Source: Daejeonella sp. (GTDB lineage Bacteria > Bacteroidota > Bacteroidia > Sphingobacteriales > Sphingobacteriaceae). From it: a stretch of DNA of 52,875 nucleotides. The notes under the pieces were generated by a model. That model saw only the letters and a program-made list of their open reading frames with translations, was not told the DNA's origin and did not search any database. The translations under genes were made by a program, and so were the position numbers. The stretch's first letter is position 1, and the number at the start of each line of letters is the position of its first letter. Shown here piece by piece: positions 18,625-28,500 of this stretch. The stretch covers positions 1-52,875 of the forward strand of contig NZ_JBIIPN010000001.1 in assembly GCF_044342615.1 (NCBI RefSeq), read 5' to 3'.

Positions 18625-21561
18625 ATGTATCTGAATGTTCATTCTCAATATAGTTTGCGCTATGGCACCCTATCTATCGAAAATTTGATAGATCAAGCCA
18701 AAGCTTTTGGAATAGAACAGATGGCGCTAACCGATATCAATAATTCTACCGGAGCGACCGAATTTATTCGTAACTGCCATGAAAAAGGCATTAGAGCCAT
18801 TACAGGCATCGAATTTAGGCGAGATAACAAACTACTTTACATCGGCATTGCGCGTAATCGCGAGGGAATGAAAGAGCTGAATGATTTTTTGAGCTTCTAC
18901 AATTTAAATAGCATGAGCTTGCCCGATTGCCCTTGGGATTTTCAGAATGCCTATATTATTTATCCCTATTCGCAGGATCATCCACCGCTAAAAGACAATG
19001 AATTTCTAGGAATACCCTACCGCGAATTGAGTAAGCTTTTCGGGAAGCCAATCGCACACATACAAGAAAAAATGGTGGCATTGCAGCCTGTAAGCGTGAG
19101 CAACAGGCTAGAACACCGCCTCCACACTTATTTACGTGGTATAGACTTAAACACCCTTTTATCTAAAATAGGCGATTATGATCGATGCCATGAGGATGAG
19201 ATCCTGCTCTCGCCAGAAAAGATCAAAGAACGTTACAGCTCCTACCCTTTCATCATTCAGAACACCGAAAAATTGATGAATGATTGCAGCAGCACTTTTG
19301 AGAAGGGTTCAAAAAACAGAAAAACCTTTACGGGATATGCCAAAGATGATAAAGATCTCTTGGAGAAGCTCGCCATGGAGGGAATGGAATATCGCTATGG
19401 GCGCTCCAACAAAGAGGCATTAAAAAGGATAAAAAAGGAGCTGCAGGTAATTGATGAATTGCACTTTTCGGCTTACTTTTTAATTACATGGGATATCATC
19501 CGCTATTCGATGGCACGAGGATATTACCATATCGGGCGGGGTTCTGGGGCCAATAGCATCGTTTCTTATTGCCTGCGCATTACGGATGTGGATCCCATAG
19601 AACTCGACCTCTACTTTGAGCGATTCCTAAACCGCCAACGTAGTAGTCCCCCAGATTTTGACATCGATTACAACTGGGATGAGCGCGAAGATGTTCAGGA
19701 TTATATTTTTAAACGATATGGCAGCAAGCATACGGCTCTGCTAGGCACCATGAGTACCTTTAAAGATCGTTCCATCATTCGTGAGATTGGCAAAGTAATG
19801 GGATTGCCCAAGCAGGAAATTGATAGCTTCAGCGACCCCACACGATTTAGTGAAAACCGCGATAATCCCACTTTTGGCAAGATTTTGGCGATTCAAAATA
19901 TGATGCAGGACATGCCTAATCAGCGTTCCATTCATGCAGGTGGGGTACTCATCTCGGAAGAGCCAATCACCTATTACACGGCATTAGATTTACCTCCAAA
20001 AGGCATGCCCGTAGTGCAATGGGACATGTATGAGGCCGAGGCTATAGGCTATGAAAAGTTCGATATTTTAAGTCAGAGGGGTATTGGACACATCAAGGAA
20101 GCCATCCAACTCATTGCTGAAAATCAGCAGAAGAAGCCTGATATTCATGATGTAAAATCCTTCATGAAAGATCCTACAATCAATGCTCAACTCAAGCGTG
20201 GCGATACCATTGGCTGTTTTTACATCGAGTCGCCAGCTATGCGACAATTGATTAAAAAATTAGGCTGCGAAAATTACATCACCTTAGTGGCGGCAAGCTC
20301 CATCATAAGGCCAGGGGTTTCCTCCTCGGGGATGATGAAGACGTATATTCAGAATTACCATGATCCTGAAAATGTGAAATATCTGCATCCGGTAATGAAG
20401 GAATATCTCCAAGAAACCTATGGTGTGATGGTCTATCAGGAGGATGTAATTAAGATTTGTTATCACTATGCAGGCTTAGACCTCACCGATGCGGATGTGC
20501 TTAGACGGGCTATGAGTGGGAAATATCGCTCAAAAAAGGAATTCGACCGACTCGTACAGCGCTTTTTTGATCGTGCCAAGGAAATTGGGCGAGAGGAAGA
20601 AATTACGCAAGAGGTATGGCGACAGGTATCATCCTTTGCGGGATATAGTTTCTCCAAAGCCCATTCGGCCTCTTTTGCCGTAGAAAGCTACCAAAGTCTC
20701 TTCCTGAAAACCTATTTCCCACTCGAATTTATGGTGGCGGTGCTTAATAATTATGGTGGATTTTATCAGCGTTGGCTTTATGTGCATGAACTGAAAAAAG
20801 CAGGTGCAAAAGTACATCTACCCTGCGTAAACAATAGCGAGGCTAAGGTTAGCATCAAGGGCAAGGAGGCTTGGTTAGGCTTTATTGGTATCCAGGGACT
20901 CGAAAGTCGCTTTGTGGAGCTCATTCCCGCAGAACGCAAAGCCAATGGTCCTTACCGAGATCTTGGGGATTTTATTAAACGGACTAGCATTCATCTAGAG
21001 CAGGCTATCATCCTCATCCGACTGGGAGCTTTGCGCTTTACTGGGAACAATAAAAAGGAACTTCTGTGGGAAGTACATAATTATTTAGGCAGCAAAACAA
21101 TCGCGAAGCAGAGCAGCGAATTATTTCATAGCGAAGCAAAAGAGTTTTATCTCCCCGAATTAGAAAGCTCAAATGTGGAGGATGCATACAATGAATTGGA
21201 ATTATTGGGTTTCCCATTGACTATGGATATGTTCGACCTAGTCAAAACGAGCTATCGGGGAGATGTCATGGCCAATGAATTGAGCGAACACATCGGGAAA
21301 ACTATCCGCACAGTAGGCAATTACGTCTGCGAAAAACCAGTCCGAACCAAAAGCAATAAAAAAATGTGGTTCGGCACCTTCCTCGACAAGGATGGTAATT
21401 TCATGGATACCGTCCACTTTCCACTAAGCACGCCAGCATACCCCTTCCGTGGCAAAGGCTGCTACCTCATTGAGGGTAAGGTGGTTGAGGAGTTCGACTT
21501 CCCAAGTATTGATGTCAAGAAATTTGGGAAATTGGGGATTAGGGATAATCCGGTGTTTTAG
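18625..21561 (+). CDS. dnaE: DNA polymerase III alpha subunit, probably the accessory error-prone (DnaE2-type) copy
   Basis: PHP start (LNVHSQYS...ALTDINN), GRGSGANS, PDFDID catalytic aspartates, SIHAGG, KFDILS, YSFSKAHS, C-terminal OB fold; 978 aa; 3 nt after the dinB stop. Confidence 0.93.
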   Translation: MYLNVHSQYSLRYGTLSIENLIDQAKAFGIEQMALTDINNSTGATEFIRNCHEKGIRAITGIEFRRDNKLLYIGIARNREGMKELNDFLSFYNLNSMSLPDCPWDFQNAYIIYPYSQDHPPLKDNEFLGIPYRELSKLFGKPIAHIQEKMVALQPVSVSNRLEHRLHTYLRGIDLNTLLSKIGDYDRCHEDEILLSPEKIKERYSSYPFIIQNTEKLMNDCSSTFEKGSKNRKTFTGYAKDDKDLLEKLAMEGMEYRYGRSNKEALKRIKKELQVIDELHFSAYFLITWDIIRYSMARGYYHIGRGSGANSIVSYCLRITDVDPIELDLYFERFLNRQRSSPPDFDIDYNWDEREDVQDYIFKRYGSKHTALLGTMSTFKDRSIIREIGKVMGLPKQEIDSFSDPTRFSENRDNPTFGKILAIQNMMQDMPNQRSIHAGGVLISEEPITYYTALDLPPKGMPVVQWDMYEAEAIGYEKFDILSQRGIGHIKEAIQLIAENQQKKPDIHDVKSFMKDPTINAQLKRGDTIGCFYIESPAMRQLIKKLGCENYITLVAASSIIRPGVSSSGMMKTYIQNYHDPENVKYLHPVMKEYLQETYGVMVYQEDVIKICYHYAGLDLTDADVLRRAMSGKYRSKKEFDRLVQRFFDRAKEIGREEEITQEVWRQVSSFAGYSFSKAHSASFAVESYQSLFLKTYFPLEFMVAVLNNYGGFYQRWLYVHELKKAGAKVHLPCVNNSEAKVSIKGKEAWLGFIGIQGLESRFVELIPAERKANGPYRDLGDFIKRTSIHLEQAIILIRLGALRFTGNNKKELLWEVHNYLGSKTIAKQSSELFHSEAKEFYLPELESSNVEDAYNELELLGFPLTMDMFDLVKTSYRGDVMANELSEHIGKTIRTVGNYVCEKPVRTKSNKKMWFGTFLDKDGNFMDTVHFPLSTPAYPFRGKGCYLIEGKVVEEFDFPSIDVKKFGKLGIRDNPVF

Positions 21562-21564
21562 GGG

Positions 21565-21938
21565 ATCAGTTATCAGTTATCAGTTGTCAGTTATCAGGCT
21601 AGCGACATCTGCTACCGGTGGCTGAGGTACTCGAAGCCGGGGAAAGAGTTATCTTTGTAAGATATCAGGCTGGGAGGAGATTTAGGTCTTTAGTGGTTAG
21701 ATTAATTTATCCTAGTCGGGGCGACCCTCGCGGTCGCCCTTAGTCATCTTTGAGATTTTTTATTTACCGCTGGCTGAAGTTCTCGATATCCGCTGACTGA
21801 GGTTCTTGAAGCCAATGAAAGAGTTATCAGTTGTCAGTTATCAGGCTAGCGACATCTGCTACCGGTGGCTGAGGTACTCGAAGCCGGGGAAATGAGTTGT
21901 CGGTTATCAGTTGTCGGTTATCAGGCTAACGACATCTG
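21565..21938. repeat. Mosaic intergenic repeat tract: exact 71-bp direct repeat, 7-mer tandem units, REP-like elements
   Basis: 21575-21645 is identical to 21822-21892; partial third copy 21903-21938; (TCAGTTA/G)n units; four CCGSTGRCTGARGTWCTYGA-type units; GGGCGACC-ctcgc-GGTCGCCC hairpin at 21719-21739. Confidence 0.88.
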
Positions 21939-22003
21939 AGAGATTAATGTGGAGTTAAAGTTTTTTTGTCTTTAATCTTTGCTCCTTAATCCTTGCTCTC
22001 ACC

Positions 22004-22441
22004 CTACTCCCCAAAAACCTTAAACGGATTTTTCTGCTGCTCAAATGGCTTCGATAAATCGCGTACATACTCCACCAATTGCCATAATTGCTCATCCGAT
22101 AACTGTGACTTATAGCCTGGCATTGCGCTTTTCCCCTCCCGTATTTTCCAATAAATAGCCCCATCGCTCTGCGACTTAAACCATTCTTGCTTGAAATTAG
22201 GTACTTCCTGATCAGTATGCTCCAAAAGATAGCCTTGCCCCTGGCCACCATGACACCTGATGCACTTTAAATTATATACTTCTTGTGCCTGCGGAAGCGT
22301 TAAGGGCTCCAAATTATAAGGATTATAGAGGGTATCGGCCCATGAAGGCGCCGTCCAAGGTTCTTGAACCTCCTTATTTGTACCACTAATTAAGCCTAAA
22401 CCCAGCATAATAAGTAGCAGCAGAGAAAAAACTCGAGCCAT
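22004..22441 (-). CDS. c-type cytochrome (monoheme, exported)
   Basis: N-terminal hydrophobic signal, CIRCH heme motif, SDGAIYWKIREG..AMP (axial Met), LSDEQLWQLVEYVR. Confidence 0.9.
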   Translation of the reverse strand: MARVFSLLLLIMLGLGLISGTNKEVQEPWTAPSWADTLYNPYNLEPLTLPQAQEVYNLKCIRCHGGQGQGYLLEHTDQEVPNFKQEWFKSQSDGAIYWKIREGKSAMPGYKSQLSDEQLWQLVEYVRDLSKPFEQQKNPFKVFGE

Positions 22442-22480
22442 ATCTATCTAATTATTCAAATTAAACCCTAGGCGACAATC

Positions 22481-24082
22481 TTATGCCTTAGATTTGGATG
22501 AGCCTGCAGAACGGTAATCGTGGCGTGTAGCGCTCCATTCAGCGTCTCCATACTCACTCAAACTCACTTTACCCTGCATGCTATTGCCATCCGTTGTCCC
22601 ACTAAATGTAAAATTAATGCGTACGCCATCTTTTGTATAAGAACTTCTGATGGTTACATCTTTTCCATTTATAGTTCCATCCAAATCGCGTGATCCAATG
22701 CTTGCAAAGTGCGTCCCAATCAATGCATTAGCCTTTTGTTCAATCACCAAAGTCTGATCAACAGTGCTTGCCGAAAATTTCATCTTCAAATCCCATTGTC
22801 CACTAAGATCAAAAGCTGGTGCCACACTTTGTTTTTCCATCTTTGGCGGATTAGAAAGTATCGCTAAAACACGATCTGCAATAATCTTTTCATCCCCAAC
22901 ACGCAGTGAAGCCATGGCAATACTAATATTAGGCTGTAAATTCGGTGGAAATGGCAAAAAGCTTCCTGCACCACTTACAGCAATACGCGGACTTCCATCC
23001 CATAAAAGTTTTTCCATCTCCTCGCCGGTGAGTGGGATAATCGACTGATCCCATTTCACAGAGAGTGAAGGCGCACGATTGGAACGTGCTTTCGGTTCAT
23101 TGATTTCAGTACTTAGGCCTTTAATGCCTTCCAAACGCTTCTCGATGTGTTTCGCCCAAGATATCCAAGTCTTCCACTCGCCTGCATGATCACGCTTGAA
23201 CCACATTTCTACAGCGGCAAGCATGCCCATAATTTCTTCACGTCCAACTTTAAATCCGCGGCCAAAGCCATGATGCGGACCAGCATTGATTCTTGATGCA
23301 ATGATTAAATCTTTCCGACCAAGCAATAAACCCGCACATTGAGGTCCGCGGAGGTATTTGCCCCCACTATAAGCCACTAAATCTGCTCCTTGCTCCACAT
23401 GCGGATTGGGAAGTTCTAAACCTTCGGCAGCCGCATCAACCAGAATTGGAACGCCTAATGGCTTCGCAACAGAAGATATTTCTTTTAAGGATAGCGGACC
23501 ATTTTCGGAACGAGCGCCTGCAAGCACGAGAATCATGGCAGTCCTCGGACCAATAGCTAATTGTAAGTCCTCAAGCGTTGAAACCTCCACCATACGTACA
23601 CCAACGGCCTTTGCAGCTGCATCATATGCTGAGCGTGAATAGGCAGGAATAATAACTTCATCCTTCATTCCCGTGAGGTTAGGAATCATCCAGAGCTTGT
23701 CGGGGTCGCCACCTGTTACGCAACCTGCAGTACCAGCAGTTATTGCCGCTGAGGCTCCAGAACTGACATAACCAAATTCAGTGCCCGTTAACTGACCCAA
23801 ACGTACTCCCACGGCATCCATCAACTCATCAATCTGAACATATTCGCGAACAGCCTCATCCATAGCCTGTTGCACCTCAGGCAAAATCTGACAAGCACCC
23901 ACTACCGTAACAGTTCCTCGAGCATTAATCAAAGGCTTAACGCCGATTCCTTCATAAATACTCTTTATATTTTTTTGAATGGGATCTGTACTCGCGGCAA
24001 AGACAGATGGCATCGCAGCTCCTGAAACAACTCCAGCCAAAGGCAAAACACCCAATCCCTTAATTAATTCTCTTCTTTTCAT
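22481..24082 (-). CDS. SelA/DgaE-like PLP-dependent enzyme with twin-arginine leader and extra C-terminal beta domain
   Basis: MKRRELIK leader; LINARGTVT, LVDAAAE, YSGGKYLRGPQ (PLP Lys), GRGFKVGREE; C-terminal DLSGQW... extension of about 110 aa. Confidence 0.85.
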   Translation of the reverse strand: MKRRELIKGLGVLPLAGVVSGAAMPSVFAASTDPIQKNIKSIYEGIGVKPLINARGTVTVVGACQILPEVQQAMDEAVREYVQIDELMDAVGVRLGQLTGTEFGYVSSGASAAITAGTAGCVTGGDPDKLWMIPNLTGMKDEVIIPAYSRSAYDAAAKAVGVRMVEVSTLEDLQLAIGPRTAMILVLAGARSENGPLSLKEISSVAKPLGVPILVDAAAEGLELPNPHVEQGADLVAYSGGKYLRGPQCAGLLLGRKDLIIASRINAGPHHGFGRGFKVGREEIMGMLAAVEMWFKRDHAGEWKTWISWAKHIEKRLEGIKGLSTEINEPKARSNRAPSLSVKWDQSIIPLTGEEMEKLLWDGSPRIAVSGAGSFLPFPPNLQPNISIAMASLRVGDEKIIADRVLAILSNPPKMEKQSVAPAFDLSGQWDLKMKFSASTVDQTLVIEQKANALIGTHFASIGSRDLDGTINGKDVTIRSSYTKDGVRINFTFSGTTDGNSMQGKVSLSEYGDAEWSATRHDYRSAGSSKSKA

Positions 24083-24087
24083 AAATA

Positions 24088-25359
24088 TTATAAACTTGGC
24101 AATCCACCAGCAACTTTAGGTAGAGGATCTGTTAAACCATTTAGATCATAAAAAACACGGCCTCCTTTGATCGTAACCTCACATTCAAAGCGTTGCTTCC
24201 CTTCTAAACGCTGCCCCATTTGGTCAAAAACGCCAAATTTTCCTTTGCGAATGCGTAAAACGGTAACATCGCCCTCAGAACCAATCGATAAATTACCTAG
24301 TTGCTCTCTATTAATAACTTGAGCGGGTTTCCAAGTGACAGAATTAATGATGTCTGGAATCTGCATGCCCAAGGTTAAAAATTTATTCATCACATTTAGG
24401 ATGTCTTTCATGGCTGAGTTCATGCTTCCTCCATGATGATCGGTACTGATCACATCTGGGAAAAATCCTGCTTTGGTAGCGGGAATAGCATGTGTGAAGG
24501 AAAAACTTGCTGCTCCATGGCCAACATCCCAAATCACACCTCTCTGCCTTGCTTCAAAAACAAAAGGTCTTAATTTTCCGGTTTGCGGATCGGTAATTGC
24601 TTCACGCTCCTTACCGCCACCTCCAAAAGTATGGGTGTAAATATCTCCTGCACGGAATTTCTTCATCGTTAGTTCTTCAAGTGATAGTCCGCTGCCACCA
24701 AAATCAACAATCACGGGAATGTTTCCTGCAATTTTCCCAGCCTCAATTGCTCGATCAATAGGCACCCAATCGGGTTTATTATAATGAGCCACTTTAAATC
24801 CAACAATATGATCTTTGTGTTTTAAAGCCATATCGGCACTTAATCTGGCATCCATATCGGCATTATCCTGCTCAATTGAACCTCCTGCCATGCCCTCACC
24901 CACAATATTTAAAAAGGATAATACACGAGTCCGCGACCGATCAATTGTTTGATCCTTAAACTTCTCAAAATTTCTCCAACCGGCACTACCGGCATCCACC
25001 ACAGTGGTTACACCCACACGAAAACTAAATCCATCTGGCTGATTAGCATAATAACTGTTGCGTAGGTATTTATCAGGCTCTGTCCCAGCAAAGTTATGCG
25101 TATGCATGTCTATAATACCTGGTGTAACATATAATCCCTTCGCATCAACTACACGCACAGCTGTTTTGGAATCTATGTTTTTGGCTAAAGCGGCAATTTT
25201 TCCCTCCTTATCAATCGCCACATCCATCAATTCATTAATCTTATTTTTGGGATCAATTACATGTCCTCCCTTTATTAAAATAGCATATTGCGCACTATTT
25301 TGGGCAACAACAATTTGTGCTAAAAATAGTAGGAGGATTAAAATAGGTGCTCTTTTCAT
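24088..25359 (-). CDS. Amidohydrolase/deacetylase family metallohydrolase (COG3964/EF_0837-like), secreted
   Basis: Signal peptide, IKGGHVIDP, PGIIDMHTH, GVTTVVDAGSAG, VGFKVAH, DIYTH, DVGHG, ISTD. Confidence 0.88.
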   Translation of the reverse strand: MKRAPILILLLFLAQIVVAQNSAQYAILIKGGHVIDPKNKINELMDVAIDKEGKIAALAKNIDSKTAVRVVDAKGLYVTPGIIDMHTHNFAGTEPDKYLRNSYYANQPDGFSFRVGVTTVVDAGSAGWRNFEKFKDQTIDRSRTRVLSFLNIVGEGMAGGSIEQDNADMDARLSADMALKHKDHIVGFKVAHYNKPDWVPIDRAIEAGKIAGNIPVIVDFGGSGLSLEELTMKKFRAGDIYTHTFGGGGKEREAITDPQTGKLRPFVFEARQRGVIWDVGHGAASFSFTHAIPATKAGFFPDVISTDHHGGSMNSAMKDILNVMNKFLTLGMQIPDIINSVTWKPAQVINREQLGNLSIGSEGDVTVLRIRKGKFGVFDQMGQRLEGKQRFECEVTIKGGRVFYDLNGLTDPLPKVAGGLPSL

Positions 25360-25541
25360 GATTAATCAATATGGTGGTAAAAGACCTTTGATACTGGTCC
25401 CTCAAAATAATTTTTACTAAATATAATTAAAAAATAAGCCCTCATTTGTAATATTTCAATGAGATTAATACCATAAAAACACTATAATATATTGATTATA
25501 AATACTTTATGATTATTTAAATCCCAAAAGGAATTAATATT

Positions 25542-28500
25542 CTATTGGCTCTTATTCGAAAAATAAATCCAATCTAAATGAAATAAATTCTGCTTTATAT
25601 CGGATGAACTTTTAAAGACAAAATACAAATCATGAATTCCTTTTGTTTCTAAGGCATTGATAATTAGCTCTTTCCATGGCTTTGAATCCTTTGCAATAGC
25701 TGCTGGTATTTGTGTTTCACCAATCATAAGCCCGTCAATTTTACCTAATCGAACCTCGATTTTTCCTCCTGCAAGAGGTTCAACACGGAAAAGCAACTGC
25801 TTTACAAGGTTCAAATCAATTTTATTAAAGCGAACATAAGTCTCATGGTTAATTGCTCGAGCATAGGCTAAATTTTCGGTAGGATATGTTGCAATTCGAA
25901 CATTTCCTGAATCAAAATCTTCTGCTTGCACCCATGGACTTCGCAAAGTTATGTGATTTCGGCTTTGCAGTGCTTGTATACCATTGGCTCCTAAATCGGT
26001 ATAACTTACATTGAGTAGATATGAACCTTCATTCCCTTTGCCAATATGATCTTTCAACTCAATAGCATCCGACGAGGGTCGTTTGATAGTCGATTTATCA
26101 GATAAAGAAAGAATATAATTGACAATTTCTGCCGCATCATCTTTAGATAGATTGGGATGTGGAATCATGGCACGTTCGCCCCAAACTCCACCACCACCTT
26201 TAATAATTTTATCAGAAAGCGTAGCTACCATTCCCTGTTTACCTGCATAGCGTTCTGCAATGGCAACAAAAGATGGACCAACAGAAGCTTTATCCAGCGC
26301 ATGGCAGGCTTTACAATTTAGGTTTGCCGCCAATTGTTGGCCTTTTAGGTATTTAAGGCTGCTTGAGCTCTGATTTTGTGTCAAAACAATGGCAACATCT
26401 TTACCACGAGCAATATATCCATAAGTGATATTTAGCCTATTTTCATCTATGTTTTTATCTTCCAAATCAGTAATTTTTACTTGATAATCGAGAAGCACGT
26501 TATCCCAATAAAAACTACGGTTAGCATTTGTAAAAATCTGAATTTCAGGAGGAGTATTTCCCACAAAAACTTGAGAGGATGTTTCAGTTTTACCTCCTTT
26601 ATCATCGCTCACACTCAGTTTTACAGAATATACCCCTGGCTTTGTAAAGGTATGAGCAGGATTAAGCCCCTCATAAGTGACATTTTCAACGCTCCAAGTA
26701 TAAGTTAGCTGATCATTGCGATCATGGTCAAAGGTTTTCTTAGCTGAAAACTGAACGTTAAATGGGGCTGCGCCATATTGCCTGTCTAGCTCGATTTCTG
26801 CTACCGGATTTCTATTCCCTTCTACATATTCAATCCGAACGAGGCGTGCATCTGTATTTTTTGAAAACCAATTGGTGCCATACTCCAAAACGTAGAGGGC
26901 ACCATCGCGACTAAACTGCATATCTACAGGTGCTGCAAAGGTGTATTGCTTTAAAAATGGCTCCATACGCAAATAATTGCCCTTTTCATCAAAAGTAACA
27001 GCCATTATCCAACCACGAATCCATTCATAAATGAACAATTTACCATTATAATAATCATTCAATTTGTATGGCGCATTCGGGAAAAGATCGCTGTAGTAAA
27101 CTGGTCCCGCCATAGCTGAAGCCCCTCCATTACCAAGCAAAGGGAAATGCTTGGAATTCTTTTTCCCATACCAAATCATTGCAGGCTGTGCTTGAGGTAA
27201 AATTCGCTCTCCCGTATTATTTGGCGAGTCGTTTATTGGGTTTAAGGAGTCTTTTTTAGGCCCCTCAGACTTAGTTGCATAGTTGTACATTGGGAAAGCC
27301 TCATTATTTCCAAGGAAATAGGGCCAACCGTAAAAACCTGGCGCCTTCGCTTGATTTATTTCATCGAAACTCATTAACTCACCATCTTTGCTCGGCACCT
27401 TCGTATCGGGACCTACATCACCCCAGTATAAATATTTGTTTTTTTGATCTACGCTAAAGCGATATGGATTACGGGAACCCATAATGTAAATCTCTGGCCT
27501 TGTTTTGGGATTATTTTTAGGGAATAAATTGCCTTCGGGAATAGCATAAGTTCCATCATCTAAAGGCTTTATTCTTACTATTTTACCTCGCAAATCATTG
27601 GTGTTTGCAGCAGTAGCTTGATCGTCTGCCAAGGCACGTCCCGGACGCTCATCTACTGGAGTATAGCCCTCCGTTTCTTCAGCATTGGTATTATCTCCGG
27701 TAGATAAATAAAGTAGGCCATCTGCATCAAAAGAGATGTAACCCGCTGAGTGACAGCAATATTTGCGCTGAGTTGGGATTTCTAGCAGAATCTGTTCGGA
27801 AGCTTTTGCTAAACTATCACCATATAATTGAATCCGTGATAGGCGATTTACGAATTTATCCCCGGCAATGGAATAATAGAAATAAACCCAATGATTTTCA
27901 CCAAATTTAGGATCAATCGCCACCCCTAAAAGTCCGTCTTCAATCCCACTGAACACATCAAAATTGGAAATCGTTTTTATTTGCTTGCTCAGTCGGTTAT
28001 ATATTTTCAAGCCACCCTTACGCTCGGCCAATAAAACATCATTATTAGGAAGAATTGCCATGCCCAGTGGTTCATCCAAGCCTTCAACTAAAACGGTGCG
28101 GGTGTATCTACTGCTGTCGGGAACAGTTAAAGTTTTTACACTTAAATAATCTGGGATTGATGCCTTAGAAAATTGTTTACTTAGGATTTGGGATAAATCA
28201 CCTTCACTAAAATCAGGATTTAAACGGCTAATCCAGGACTTATCTTGTGTCCATACTTGGGCATCAGACTTAGTATTAAAGACTTGAAGCCAAGGCCATT
28301 CTTTTTGAGATAAACTCGTATCAGCAATACTTATTAAAACCCCACGTCCCGCCTCCAAATAACGTTTCAAAACCGGCAATTCAAGATACCCCATTTTATT
28401 TAGGGATGAGAAAGGCAACAAAATAGCATCCACCTTGGCAAGAGAATCTTCATGGAGATATTTTTCACTATCCGCCACAAGCAATTCCCAGCCATTTTTC

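Noticed and set aside
21565-21938. CRISPR array or IS element
   Set aside because: Irregular spacing, mixed repeat types, and no transposase ORF or terminal inverted repeats with target duplication.
22481-24082. True selenocysteine synthase selA
   Set aside because: Export-type leader, DgaE-like neighbourhood, and no selB/selD/tRNA-Sec in the window.
24088-25359. Dihydroorotase pyrC
   Set aside because: Signal peptide and COG3964-type motifs; no pyrimidine biosynthesis context.
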